Of a stretch of 64,000 nucleotides of DNA, positions 1 through 13,118 are shown piece after piece. The translations under genes were made by a program, and so were the position numbers. Positions within the stretch are counted from its first letter, which is position 1, and each line of letters starts with the position of its first letter. The notes under the pieces were generated by a model. That model searched no databases, was not told where the DNA came from, and saw only the letters and a list, made by a program, of their open reading frames with translations. The DNA is from Squalus acanthias (lineage: Eukaryota), in NCBI GenBank assembly GCA_030390025.1, contig CM059432.1:92754001-92818000 (forward strand). The letters are read 5' to 3'.

Positions 1-703
1 GTACATCAGTCACTGAAGGTGGGAATGCAAGTGCAGCAGGCAGTCAAGAAAGCAAACGGAATGATGGCCTTCATAGTAAGGGGATTTGAGTACAGGAGTA
101 GGGAGGTGATGCTGCAGTTGTACAGGGCCTTGGTGAGGCCACACCTGGAGTATTGTGCGCAGTTTTGGTCTCCTAACTTAAGGAAGGACATTCTTGCTAT
201 TGAGGGAGTGCAGCGAAGGTTCACTAGATTGATTCCTGGGATAGCCGGACTGACATATCAAGAAAGATTGGGTCAACTGAACTTGTATCCTCTGGAGTAC
301 AGAAGAATGAGGGGGGATCTTAGAGACATTTAAAATCCTGACTGGTTTAGACAAATTAGATGTGGGCAGAATGTTCCCAATGTTAGGGAAAACTAGAACC
401 AGGGGTCACAGTCTAAGGATTAAGGGGAAGCCATTTAAGACTGAGCTGAGGAGGAACTTCTTCACCCAGAGAGTGGTGAATCTATGGAATTCTCTTCCAC
501 AGAAGGTTGTAGAGGCCAGTTCGCTAAATATATTCAAAAGGGAGTTAGATATAACACTCACAACTAGGGGGATCAAGGGGTATGGCGAGAAAGCAGGAAT
601 GGGGTACTGAGGTAGCATGTTCAGCCATGAACGCATTGAATGGCGGTGCAGGCTCGAAGGACCGAATGGTCTACTCCTGTACCTATTTTCTATGTTTCTA
701 TGT
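1..703 (+). mobile_element. CR1-type LINE, 3' portion (RT C-terminus and 3' tail)
   Basis: ORFs 19-333 and 362-610 give typical CR1 ORF2 C-terminal motifs (LYRALVRPHLEYC..QFWSP, RRNFFTQRVVNLWNSLP); ends in the cctactcctg...ctatgtttctatgt tail also seen at about 31310. Confidence 0.9.
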
Positions 704-825
704 ATTAAATTTATAGCTTAACTAGTTAAACTATTTAATATAACTATAAATAATCATTGAATAAAGACTTCAACTAATTAAATAAATAAAATAAGGCTGG
801 TCTAGGATTTGGCAGGGTAGGTTGC

Positions 826-1796
826 GTGTCTGGACTGCAGTTTGTGAACGGAGAGACTGTCCCAAGCAAACACGTCTGCAGGAGATGTCTCCATCTCGAA
901 TCTCTCCGGCTCAGTGTCATTGAGCTGGAGACACTCCGACACATAAGGGAGGGGGAGGAATTTCTGGACAGTTTTATCCAGAATGCAGTCACACCCCAGA
1001 GGAAAGCACAGGTGCAGGAATGGGAGGGTGTGACTGTTAGGGAGACAGGTAGCAGGGATTCAGGAGAGGTTGAGAAGGAGGTCACGCAGACACTGGTCCT
1101 GTCCAACATGTACGTAGTGCTCGCTACCTGTGAGGACAAAGAGAAAGACTGTAGGGAGGACAGCCACAATGCAGACCAAGGCACTGTGACTCAGAAGGCT
1201 GTCCAAGGAAGGGGGGAGGGGGGGGGGGGGGGGAAAGAAAGGAGAGAGCAGAATAGAAATGTGATAGTGATGGGGGACTCTAATTAGGGGGGATAGATAT
1301 CGTCCTCTGCAGCCAAGAACGAGAATTCTGAAGGGTGTGTTGCCTACCCGATGCCAGGGTAAGGGATATCTCACGGCAGCTGGAGAGGAGCTTGGAAAGG
1401 GAGGGTGGAAATCCAGTTGTCGTGGTCCATGTTGGAACAAATGACATAGCGGGACCTCCTCCCTGTTCCTACCTAAAAGAGTATCAGGAGTTAGGCTCCA
1501 AATTAAAAAACAGGACCTCGAGGGTAATAATCTCTGGATTACTGCCCGAGCCACATGCAATTTGGCATAGAAGGAGGCAGATCAGGGGAATTAACACGTG
1601 GCTAAAGGGCTGGTGTGGGAAAGAGGGATTCCTTTTCATGGGACACTGGCACCAGTTCTGGGACAGGAAGGAGCTGTACCGATGGGACGGGCTCCACTTG
1701 AACCGGGATGGCACCCGTGTCCGAGCGAAAAGGGTAAATAGGGAGGTTAGGGGGTGGGGGGGTGGGGGGGGAAAAAGGGATCTACAAGAAACGTAA
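826..1796 (+). pseudogene. CR1 ORF1 remnant with Cys-motif N-terminus and SGNH/GDSL esterase domain
   Basis: VIVMGDS, VVVHVGTNDI and DGLHLN motifs split over two frames; CRRC near the N-terminus. Confidence 0.8.
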
Positions 1797-1889
1797 GCAG
1801 CCTAAATATGAACAGAACAGGAAAAGTGAGCATAGGAAAGAATAAAAAGTGAGGGAGGACATTGACGGCAAGAGAGCAAATAGAGTTAT

Positions 1890-3483
1890 TATTCTTCTTC
1901 GGCAGTCCCTCGGAACTGAGGATGACTTGCTTCCACATTAAAAATAGGAGTTCTCAGGTGACTGATGAGTCCAATGCAGGACCTACAGTCTCTGTCACAG
2001 GTGGGGCAGACGGCAGTTGAAGGAGCAGGTGGGTGGGGTGCTTGGGTTGACGTGCGCTCCTTGCGCTTGGCTTCCACTTGCTCCCGGCGAAGAGACTCGA
2101 GGTGTTCGGCGCCTTCCCGGATGCTTCTCCTCCACTTTGTGCGGTCTCGGGCCAGGGATTCCCAGGTGTCGGTGGGGAGGTTGCACTTTTTCCAAGGAGG
2201 CTTTGAGGGTGTCCTTGAAGCGTTTCCTCTGCCCACCTGGGGCTCTCTTGCCGTGCCGGAGCTCAGAGTAGAGCGCTTGCTTTGGGAGTCTCGTATCGGG
2301 CATGCGGACAATGTGACCCGTCCATCGGAGCTGATCGAGCGTGGTCAAAGATTCGATGCTGGGGATGTTGGCCTGAGCAAGAACACGGACGTTGGTGCGC
2401 CTATCCTGCCAATGGATTTGCAGGATCTTGCGGAGGCAGCATTGGTGGTACCTCTCCAGTGCTTTGAGGTGCCTGCTGTACATGGTCCATGTCTCTGAAG
2501 CATACAGCAGGGCGGGTATCACTGCTGCTCTGTAGACCATGAGCTTAGTGCTGGGTTTGAGGTCCTGGTCTTCAAACCCCCTCTTCCTCAGGCGACCGAA
2601 GGCTGCACTCGCACACTGAAGGCGGTGTTGGACTTCGTCGTCTGCCCTTGTTGACAGTAGGCTCCCGAGGTATATAAAGTGGTCCACGTTGTTCAAGGCC
2701 TTGTCGTGGATTTTGATAATCAGGGGGGGGGGTAGTACTGTGTGGCGGGGGCAGGTTGGTAGAGGACCTTTGTCTTACGGATGTTTAGTGTAAGGCCCAT
2801 GCTCTCGGACGCGTCGGTGAAGGTGTTGACGATGGTTTGGAGTTCGACCTCCGAGTGAGCGCAGACGCAAGTGTCGTCTGCATACTGTAATTTGACGAGG
2901 ATGGGACAACCTTGGATCTGGACTGGAGGTGACGGAGGTTGAACAGTTTCCCATTTGTTCTGTAAATTAGCTCCACTCCAGCGGGGAGCTTACTAAGGGC
3001 GAGATGGAGCATTGCAGCAAGGAAGATCGAGAAGAGCGTTGGTGCGATGACACAGCCTTGTTTGACCCCGGTTCGTATGTGAATTGGGTCTGTGGTGGAA
3101 CCGTTAGTCAGAATCACGGCTTGCATGTCGTCGTGAAGCTGCCGACAAATTTTTGAGGACAGCCGAATTTGCGGAGGACGCTCCATAATCCCTCACGGTT
3201 TACAGTATCGAAAGCCTTTGTGAGATCAAAGAAGACCATGTACAGCGGTTGGTGCAGTTCCCTGCATTTCTCTTGTAATTGACGTGCAGTGAAGATCATG
3301 TCCATTGTGCCCCTTAGTGGGCAGAATCAGCATTGCGACTCTGGGAGGAGCTCTTCGGCCACTGGGAGAAGGCGATTGAGGAGGATTCTTGCGATGACTT
3401 TCCCTGTGGCAGACAGCAGGGAAACTCCTCTGTAATTACCGCAATCAAACTGGTCACCTTTCTTGAAGCAAATTTTTTCAAGG
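1890..3483 (-). mobile_element. 5'-truncated RTE-clade LINE with 16-bp TSD
   Basis: RT peptides nearly identical to the 48464-50101 ORF; (GAA)-type tail at 1890-1900; TSD gagcaaatagagttat at 1874-1889 and 3484-3499. Confidence 0.92.
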
Positions 3484-6400
3484 GAGCAAATAGAGTTATA
3501 GAACAGGAGTCTAAAAAGATGGTTAAACAAAGAGAGAGGAAATCCTATTAAAAATGAGTTGAACTGTCTGTACAGCAATGCGCACAGTGTCCGTAATAAA
3601 ACAGGGAAGCAGGAGGCAATCATGCGTTGGGAGGAACTCGACATAGTACGGATTATTGAGACATGGCTACAGAAAAATCAGGACTGGGAATTAAGCATTG
3701 CAGGGTATAACATTTAGAAAAGATAGGAGGGAAAAAGGGGAGGTGGAGTAGCTGTACTTAAGGATAACAATGGCAGCAGAAAAAATGGACGTAGATATCA
3801 GCAAGACAAAAATAGAATCCATATGGATTGAGATAAAAGATAATAAAGGACCAATCACACTAATAGGCATAGTCTACAGACCACCTAATAGTGGAAGGAA
3901 GGTGGAAGAAGAAATATGCAGACAAATTAGAGAAATGAGTAAAAAATAGAATAATAATCATGGGGGATTTCAACTACCCCGATATTAATTGGACAGAAGA
4001 GGTAGGTAAAGGGGATAAGGGAATGGAGTTCCTACAATGTCTACAGGACTCCTTTCTAACCTAATATGTGAAAGGGCCAACAAGGGAGGATTCACTATTG
4101 GATCTAGTTATGGGGAATGAACCAGAGCAGATAAGAGAAGTAAAAGTAGGGGAACATATAGGCAAAAGTGACCATAATATAATACTTATGTCCTTCTCAA
4201 TTATCATCTTAAAGTGTATGACAAAAACCAGGTTAATAGATTGGAGAAAAGCTGATTTTGAGGGGCTGAGAATAGAACTTGGAAAGATAAAATGGGCAAC
4301 AATATTGGCAAACAACAATGCGAAACATTTAAAACGGTGTTCAACAGAGTACAGGAAAAATATATTCCACGAAAAGGAAAGAACAAACTAAACACAAATT
4401 GAGACTCCATGGTTGAATAAAGAGACATAAGGAAACAATTGCGGGTCAGGAAAGAGGCATACATTAAGTACATAGACAGCAGAGGAGTGCATGATAAGAG
4501 AGAATACGAAGGGATTAGGAGAGAAGTCAAAAAAAATTAGGAAGGCAAAGAGGAACTATGAAATTAAATTATCAAGTAACAAAATATTAAAATATTTTAC
4601 AGGCACATCAATAAAAAAAGATTGGGATGGGAATAAGGCCATTAAGGGATAGACAGAACAATACCACAAGTAACGATAGGGAGATGGCAGAAATATTAAA
4701 TCATTATTGCGCTTCAGTATTTACCAGGGAGATAGAACAGGTGGACATGACATTGGATGATGAGATTAGTAATAAGTGTATTTAAAATTTTTATAAAAGG
4801 GGATATATTAAATAAACTAATCAAACTCAGGATAAAAACCCCCATGTCCAGATGGATTGAATCCACACATTTTAAAAGAATCTAGGGAAGAGATAGCAGA
4901 GGCATTACTACACTTATTTAATAATTTGTTAGAAAAAGGTGTAGTGCCAGAGGACTGGCGGACAGCTAACAATACCTGTATTTAAGAAGGGGGATAGAAC
5001 ATGTCCAGAGAATTATAGACCAGTCAGCTTAACATCGGTGGTAGGAAAAATAATGGAATCTCTACTAAAGGAGAGAATAGAAGAGCATCTAGAAACGAAA
5101 AGTATAATAATGAATAGTCAGCATGGATTTCAAAAGGGAAAATCTTGCTTGACCAACCTCACTGAATTTTTTGAAGAGGTAACGGAGAGTAGACAATGGT
5201 AATGCAGCAGATGTAATTTATCTAGATTTTCAAAAGGCCTTCGATAAGGTACCCCATAATAGACTAACGAACAAGGTCAGAGAATGCGGAGTCAGGGGAC
5301 AAGTAGCAGAATGGATTGCTGGCTGGCTTCAAGACAGAAAGCAGAGAGTGGGAGTAAAGGGTAGCTATTCACAGTGGCAGAAGGTGGGTAGTGGTGTTCC
5401 ACAAGGATCAGTGCTGGGACCACTGCTGGTCACAATTTAGACTGTTTTTTTGATTCCACAGTTTCTAAACTTGTAGATGATACCAAATTTGCCGGGGGGG
5501 GGGGGGGTGTAAGAGTCAATACTGAGGAGGACTGCAACAAATTACAGGAGGACATTAATAAACTTGCAGAATGGGCAAATAATTGGCAAATGAAGTTCAA
5601 CACAGATAAATGTGAGGTATTACATTTTGGTAGGAAGAATAGGGAGATCACATCACTTGGAGGATGTGAGTCTTAGTGGGGTAGAGGAACAAAGCAATCT
5701 CGGAGTACAAATACACAAATCACTAAAAGCTGCGCCACAGGTTAGCAAGGCCATTAGAAATAAACCCTAGCGTTTGGTTTGCATTTTTAGAGGGATAGAA
5801 TTGAATAATAGAGAAGTTATGCTAAACCGGTATCAAACCTTGGTTAGACTACACTTGTGTGTGCAGTTCTGGTCGCCATATTATAAAAAGGATATAAAGG
5901 CACCGGAGAGGGTGCAGAGAAGATTTACAAGGATGATACCAGAAATGCGAGGGTATACATATCAGGAAAGGATGAACAAGCTGGGTCTCTTTTCTCTTGA
6001 AAAAAGGCTGAGGGGTGACCTAATAGAGGTTTATAAAATTATGAAAGGTTTTGATAGAGTGGATACAGAGAGAATGTTTCCACTTGTGGGGAAGAGCATA
6101 ACTAAAGGCCATCAGCATAAGATAGTCACCAAGAAAGCCGATTGGGTAAAGAGGTTTCTTCTGCATTCCCTAAGAGTGGTGAGAATGTGGAACTCGCTAC
6201 CACAAGGAGTGGTTGAAGCTAACAGTATAGGTGCATTTAAGGAGAGGCTGGACAAGCATACGAGGGAGAAGGGAATAGAGGATTACGCTGATAGATTTAG
6301 ATAAGGAAAGACGGGAGGAGGCTCCAGTGGAGCAGAAACGCCGGCATGGACTGTGCCGTATATCCTATGTAATCATATGTTGAAATATACACAGCCAACT

Positions 6401-6843
6401 GAAGAGCACAATGCAACCAATGCAAAAATATTATGCAATTAAAAAAAGGAAGGTATTCGGGTTGAGATCAACTAAACAGGAACTGACAGAGACATCCGTT
6501 AGAAATTAAGGACAGGCACACCATCACATTAGGTCATCTAACAAGGTTCATATGGATGCACACCAGTCTCATGAAGCATTATAGACCATGACATATGCAA
6601 ACAGAATTAAAAATCCTAATCTTGTAAAGCTGTAAAATATACTAGACAAAAAAAAACAAGTTCAAAGTGCAGCCTCATCCTGTGATCCAGGAAATCTAAT
6701 CTGTTTTAACATTTTACTAATTCAAATTTCCATGTGAATTATACTTCACATGACCTGAAGCAGTTGAGTCATTACAGCAGTCACGCCCAAGAGTAGAGGG
6801 TCTAGAATTCAGCTACTAGAAATGGAAAAAAATGAATTCATAC

Positions 6844-7075
6844 CATTATGAAAATGGCCTTGTATTACTGATGCTTTCTGGAGAATACAATCTGAATCCC
6901 AGGAGGATTTTGGGTCAAACCCCATTTTAAAACTAATAGTTGGTCTTGAAATCTAACCAAGTGGATCTCCAATTATACAGCTCAAGGCAAGTCGCGAGAA
7001 ACAGCCAGGTGACGACAATGTGCTCAGATTGAGCAGCTCTCAGGACTTTCTTAACCAACATTTTTAACATTTGAG
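6844..7075 (-). other. Candidate host-gene exon (232 nt), possibly carrying a start codon (MGFDPKSSWDSDCILQKASVIQGHFHN, ATG at 6925)
   Basis: Non-repetitive-looking sequence; acceptor tcttttacctcgtttgtacAG, donor AATG|GTatga; aaaATGG Kozak context. Product not recognised. Confidence 0.35.
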
Positions 7076-7229
7076 CTGTACAAACGAGGTAAAAGATAGT
7101 ATCAAGCTTAAAGAAAAGCCTTACACAAATGCAAGAAGTGGAAAACCAAAGCAGTGAGAGGTATGAAATGGGACATAAAGGGATACAAAGAAAATAATAA
7201 GAGCTGCAAAAAGGAATAGGAATACAGCT

Positions 7230-8825
7230 GGCAAAGGATATCAAAGCAAAAGTTTTTATAAATATAAAAAAAGAGAGTAGGAAAGGGGAATGTGGGCCCA
7301 TTAAAGACAGATGCAGAAGAGACTAGAATGGACAATAAGGAAATGCCACACTTGTCAAGAGAACTTAGTATCAAGAGAACTTAGTATACATTTTCACAGT
7401 GCAGAAAGAGGACAAAATACCAACAGTACAAGAGAACCTAAAAATAAGTCAGTCAAGGGAGGAACTTAGTGGATTTAATACAAATACAACAATGATAATG
7501 GAAAAAATAAATGAGCTTTAAGATAGACAAATCTCCAGGACCTGACAGTTTCCACCCCGGGGTATTAAAAGAAATAGGTAAGGAAATTGCAAACACATTA
7601 GTCATAATTTTCCAAAGCTCTCTACATTTGGGAATTGTGCCTATGGATTGGAAAATGGCAGATGCCACTACACTCTAAGGGAGGGAGGGAGAAACCCAGT
7701 AATTGCAGATCTTCCCGTTTAACATCAGTTATGGGGAGGTTACTGGAATCTATCAGGGACAGAGTAAATGAGCACTTGGAGAAGTATGAGCTGATCAAAG
7801 AAAGTCAGCATGGATGTGTGAAGAGCAGGTCACATTTGCCTAATCTAGTTGAATTTTTTGAGCTCATTAATAAGTTGGACAGGGGTCTATGTATGTTCCA
7901 AAAGGCATTTGATAAGTTTCCACAAGATTATTCGCAAAAATGAGAGCGCATGGAATTCGAAGTAACCTTCTGACATGGTTTGGTAATTGGATTAGGAGGT
8001 AGGAGACAGAGGAGAGAGTAGGGATAAAGGGAACGTTCTCCAATTGGTGGGATGTGACAAGTGGTGTTCCCAAGGGATCTGCACTGGGGCCCCAACTTTT
8101 CACCATATATTATTGACTTGGATGATGGAATAGAGTTGTATATCCAAGTTTGCAGATGGCACCAAGTTAAGGGACCATTTTGGATCAGAGAAAGACAATT
8201 CAGAATATTTTCTTAATAGCTGTGGAGGAGCAGAGGAATGTAGGTGTCTATGCACACACATCACTAAACTAGTGCACAGGTACAAAAAGTAATCAAAAAA
8301 GGCTAATGTTGGCCTTTATCTCAAGGGGAACACAAAAGTGAGGAAGTGATGTTTCAGTTGTGCAGAGCGTTGGTCAGACCCAATCTAGAGTGCTGCACCT
8401 CAAATATATATTGGCCTCGGAGGGGGCTACAGTGCAGTCACCAGAATGGTACCAGGGTTTAAAGGGTTCAATTAGGAAGATAGTTTGTATAACAGAGTTG
8501 TATTTGCTTTAGTTTAGAAGTTCAAGGTGTGATCTAATTGAGGTGCTTAAAATGACAAAGGGATTTGATAGAGTAGATATAGAGAAACAATTTCTTCTGG
8601 TGGATGAATCCAAAACAAGGACGCATAATCTTGTATTAGAGCTAGACCATTTAGGGGTGAGATCAGAAAATACTTTCACACAAAGGATAGTGGAAATGTG
8701 GAGTTCTCTCCCTCAAAAAGGGAGAGATTGCTGGGTCAATTGACATTTTCAAGACTGAGATTGATAGATCTTTGTTAGGTAAGAGAATCAAGGGCAGAGT
8801 AGGCCAACCCTATTCTTATGTTCCT
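7230..8825 (+). mobile_element. Old, degraded CR1 ORF2 fragment
   Basis: Degenerate motifs SPGPD, SQHG, QKAFDK, GVP.GS.LGP and MTKGFDRVD. Confidence 0.75.
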
Positions 8826-9674
8826 CCTTCCATCCCTTACCAGGATAGTGTCTGGGCACTCGGCTTTTTCCCTGAATAGCAGCCCAAACAGTCCCTATCC
8901 TCCACCACTCGTTTGCCTGGCTAAATTGGTTTCCATCTTGAAAATCTCTTAACTCCACTCATTTCCTCCAGGTAAAAGGACTCACTTTGGGAACTCACAT
9001 GGGTCCAAACTACCATAGAACCATAGACTGAGGCCATTTGGCCCATCGTGCCTGCTCTTTGAAAGATCTATCCAATTAGTACCATTCCCCTTTCAAGTAT
9101 TTATCCAATTCTCTCTTGAAAGTCATGACTGAATCGGCTTCCACCACCCTGTCAGACAGTGCATTCCAGATTACAACATGCTGCGTAAAAAAATGTTTTC
9201 CTCATGTCGCCTCTGGTTCCTTTGCCAATTACCTTAAATCTGTGTCCTCTGGTTACTGACCCTTCTGCCGCTGGAAACAATTTCTACCATTTACTGCATC
9301 AAAACCCTTCATGATTTTGAACACCGCTATCAAATCTTCCCTTAACCTTCTCTGCTCTAAGGAGAGCAACCCCAGTTTCTCTAGTCTCTCCGCATAACTG
9401 AAGTCTTACATCCCTGGTACCGTTCCAGTAAATCTCCTCTGCACCCTGTCTGAGGCCTTGACATCCTTCCTAAAGTGTGTTGCCCAGAATTGGCCACAAT
9501 ACTCCAGCTGGGGCCTAACCAGCGTTTTGTAAAGGTTTAGCATAACTTCCTTGCTTTTGAACTTTGTCTCTATTTATAAAGGTCATGATGTGGAGATGCC
9601 GGCGTTGGACTGGGGTGGACAAAAATGAGAAGTCGCACAACACCAGGTTATAGTCCAACAGATTTATTTAATTT

Positions 9675-9711
9675 TACAAGCTTTCGGAGCTTTTCGCTCC
9701 TTCCTCAGGTA
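9675..9711 (-). ncRNA. Minimal hammerhead ribozyme motif (PLE-type)
   Basis: tac-CTGAGGA-a-GGAGC-gaaaa-GCTCC-GAAA-GC-T-T-gta: CUGANGA core, 5-bp stem II, GAAA, palindromic AGCT stem III, 3-bp stem I. Confidence 0.75.
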
Positions 9712-11107
9712 GGTTAGCAGAGAGAGAATCTCCCAGAATTCACAATTTAAACACAGACAAAATCTATTCAAATCTTTCCCTACATCAAAGACACACTAAG
9801 AGCACAGCCAAGACAATGAGATGTGTCCCAGGGGGTCCAACGTGTCAAACCACCTGCTGGCTGCATATCCTGTCAATTTGTGTTGGTTCTTGTGTTTGTT
9901 TTTTTTTTTTTTTAAAAAGACTAACACCTGGGAAGACCGGCCATGATGTCAAGTCACGTTCTGTATCGTGACATGAACCCGATATCGCGATTGAGGCCAT
10001 CCTCATGAGTGCGGAACTTGGCTATCAGTTTCTGCTCTATGATTTTGCGCTGTCGTGTATCTCGAAGGCCGCCTTGGAGAACGCTTACCCGCAGATCCGA
10101 GGCTGAATGCCCCTGGCTGCTGAAGTGTTCCCCGACTGGGAGGCAACCCTCCTGCCTGGCGATTGTTGCGCGGTGTCCGTTCATACGTTGTCTTAGTGTC
10201 TGCATGGTCTCGCCGATGTACCATGCTCTGGAGCATCCTTTACTGCAACGTATCAGGTAGACAACGTTGGCCGAGTCACATGAGTATGTACAGTGTACCT
10301 GGTAGGTAGTGTCCTCACGTGTAATGAAGGTATCTGTGTCCATGATTTGGCATGTCTTGCAGAGGTTGCCGTGGCAGGGTTGTGTGGTGTCTTGGTTGCT
10401 GTTCTCCTGAAAGATGGGTAATCTGCTGCGAACGATGGTACTTTTGAGGTTAGGCGGCTGCTTGAAGGCGAGTAGTGGAGGCGTGGGGATGGCCACAGAT
10501 ACCATCATCACACGTGAGGACACTACCCACCAGGTACACGGTACATACTCATGAGACTCGGCCAACGTTGTCTACCTGATACGTTGCAGTAAAGGATGCT
10601 CCAGAGCATGGTACATCGGCGAGACCATGCAGACACTAAGACAACGTATGAACGGACACCGCGCAACAATCGCCAGGCAGGAGGGTTGCCTCCCAGTCGG
10701 GGAACACTTCAGCAGCCAGGGGCATTCAGCCTCGGATCTGCGGGTAAGCGTTCTCCAAGGCGGCCTTCGAGATACACGACAGCGCAAAATCATAGAGCAG
10801 AAACTGATAGCCAAGTTCCGCACTCATGAGGATGGCCTCAATCGCGATATCGGGTTCATGTCACGATACAGAACGTGACTTGACATCATGGCCGGTCTTC
10901 CCAGGTGTTAGTCTTTTTAAAAAAAAAAACAACAAACACAAATTGACAGGATATGCAGCCAGCAGGTGGTTTGACACGTTGGACCCCCTGGGACACATCT
11001 CATTGTCTTGGCTGTGCTCTTAGTGTGTCTTTGATGTAGGGAAAGATTTGAATAGATTTTGTCTGTGTTTAAATTGTGAATTCTGGGAGATTCTCTCACT
11101 GCTAACC

Positions 11108-11144
11108 TACCTGAGGAAGGAGCGAAAAGCTCCGAAAGCTTGTA
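11108..11144 (+). ncRNA. Minimal hammerhead ribozyme motif (PLE-type), mirror copy
   Basis: Same 37-nt motif as 9675-9711, on the opposite strand. Confidence 0.75.
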
Positions 11145-12949
11145 AAATTAAATAAATCTGTTGGACTATAACCTGGTGTTGTGCGACTTCTCATTTTTTT
11201 CTATTTATAAAGCCAAGGATCTTGTATGCCTTTTTAAACAGCCTTCTCAACTAGTCTTGCCACCTTTAAAGACTTGTGTACGACACCCCCAGGTCTCTCT
11301 GTTCCTGCATCCCCTTTAAAATTATAACATTTCGTTTATATTGCCGTTCCTCATTCTTTTGACCAAAAGGAACCACTTCACACTTCTCTGGATTAAATTT
11401 CATCGGCCCCGTGTCTGCCTGAAGTCAATGTCCTCCTGAAGTCTCTTACTATCCTCCTCATTGATTACTGCATTTCGGAGTTTCGTGTCATCTGCAAACT
11501 TTGTAATTATGCCCTGTATACCCAAGTCATTAATATATACATCAAAAAGAGCAGTGGTCCCAACACTGGCCCCTGGGGACACCTCTGCACACTTCCCACC
11601 AGTCTGAAAAACAACCGCTCACCACTACTCTCCTTTCTGTCCCTCAGCCAATTACGTATCCACGCAGCCAATGCCCCTTTAATCCCATGAGCTTCAATTT
11701 TACTAACAAGTCTATTGTGTGGGACTTCAAACAACTTTTGAAAGTCCATATACACAACATCAACTACACTAACCTCATCAACCCTCTCCATTACTTCAAA
11801 GAACTCACTCAAGTTAGTTAAACACAATTTGCCTTGAACAAAATGTGCTGGTTTTCATTTATTAACCATATTTTTCCAACTGCCAATTCATTCTGTCCCG
11901 GATTATTGTCTCAAAGTTTCCCTACCACCGACATTAAGCTGACTGGCCTTCAGTTGCCTAGTTCATCCCTCTCCCCTTTTTTGAACATTTGCAAACTTCC
12001 AGTCCTCTGGCACCACTCCCATACCTAAGGAGGATTGGAAGATTGTGGTCAAAACCCCTGCAATTTCCACCCTTACTTCCCTCAGCAACCGAGTATGCAT
12101 CCAATTGGACCGGGTGACTTCCCCACTTTTTAAAGTGCCTCCTCTTTATTCTATCTATTTCTCTACTGCCCCCTCCTTTCATGCGACATTGACAGCATCC
12201 TCTGGTTTTGTGAAGACAGATGCAAAGTACTCATTTAGTACCTCAGCCTCCACAAGAAGATCTCCTTTTTGGCCCAACCCTTTTTATTTATATGTTTATA
12301 AAAGACTTTTGGATTCTCTTTTTGTTACCCACCAATCTATTCTCATACACTCTTGCCCCTCTTATTTCCTTTTTCAGTTTTCCACTGCACTCTCTGTATT
12401 CAGCTTGGTTCTCTACTGAATTTTGAACCCGCTATGTCATAAGCCTCCTTCTTCGGTTTCATTTTAATCTCTATATCTTTAGTCATCTAGGGAGATCCAG
12501 CTTCCTTTCCCCTCATGGGAATGTGTCTAGTCTGTACACAAACTATCTCCTCTTTGAAGGCCTCCCATTGCTCATTTCCTGTTTCACCTGCCAATCTTTG
12601 ATTTCAATCCACCAGGGCCATATTCCTTTTCAACTCAGGTAATTTAACTCTTCTCCAGTTGAGTATTTTCACATTTGATTTTCCTTGTCCTTTTCTACAA
12701 CTACTCTAAACCTACTGAATGTTAAATACTCTGTTCCAATCCTACTCCAGACCCCTCCCAGACTTCAATTATATTGGATTACTGTTTGGTACTACTGCCT
12801 GCTCTCAACTATTGAAGAATTTAATTAACAATGCTTCAGATTTCTACCCACCCCTCACCTTTACCTGGTCCATCCAGATTCCTTTCTTCCTGGACTTTTG
12901 TATGTTCAGGAATAAGCTTTCCACAGACTAGCCCACCAAATCCCACACA

Positions 12950-13118
12950 TAAAGAAAGAACTCCTATTTATATAGCATCTTTCATGATCTTGGGATGTCC
13001 CAAAGCGCTTTACAGTCAATGAAGTACTTCTGAAGTGTGGCCACTGTTGTAATATAATTGGCAGTAGCCGATTTGCACACAGCAAGGTCCCACAACCAAT
13101 GTGATAATGACCAGATAA
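12950..13118 (-). mobile_element. 3' fragment of the Deu-domain-type SINE
   Basis: Reverse complement of the 3' part of 25586-26008 (tttatatagc...gtacttctgaagtgt...tttgcacacagcaag). Confidence 0.75.

Larger units (their letters stand above)
790..6380 (+). mobile_element. Near full-length degenerate CR1 LINE (ORF1 and ORF2), interrupted by an RTE insertion
   Basis: ORF1 remnants at 826-1796; ORF2 endonuclease start (LNCLYSNAHSVRNK, about 3560); RT motifs ([23 protein letters not shown]) at 5100-5420; C-terminus 5774-6304; tail tatcctatgtaatcatatgt. Many frameshifts and stops. Confidence 0.85.
9582..11199. mobile_element. Penelope-like element inserted as an inverted (palindromic) pair of 3' ends
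   Basis: Arms 9621-10343 and 10489-11198 are reverse complements; both encode a GIY-YIG endonuclease C-terminus (NVVYLIRC..C...YIGET..LRQRMNGHR); 13-bp TSD tctatttataaag. Confidence 0.92.
9013..12715 (-). mobile_element. CR1 LINE (degenerate ORF2 and 3' tail) hosting the PLE palindrome
   Basis: Minus-strand RT motifs (CLTNLSEFFE, YMDFQK, KFADDTK); 3' tail at about 9013; sequence resumes across the TSD at 9569-9581 / 11200-11212. Confidence 0.85.
8830..12950 (+). mobile_element. Old PLE RT fragment, split into 8830-9012 and 12717-12950 by a CR1 insertion
   Basis: Both pieces resemble consecutive parts of the PLE at 22855-24690 (THFLQ.KG..GTHMGP, then LFQSYS..., PLTFTWSI). Confidence 0.6.

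Noticed and set aside
9954..10565. 203-aa stand-alone GIY-YIG nuclease gene
   Set aside because: The ORF crosses the palindrome junction; its first ~25 residues are antisense sequence of the other arm, so it is a chimeric truncated PLE ORF.
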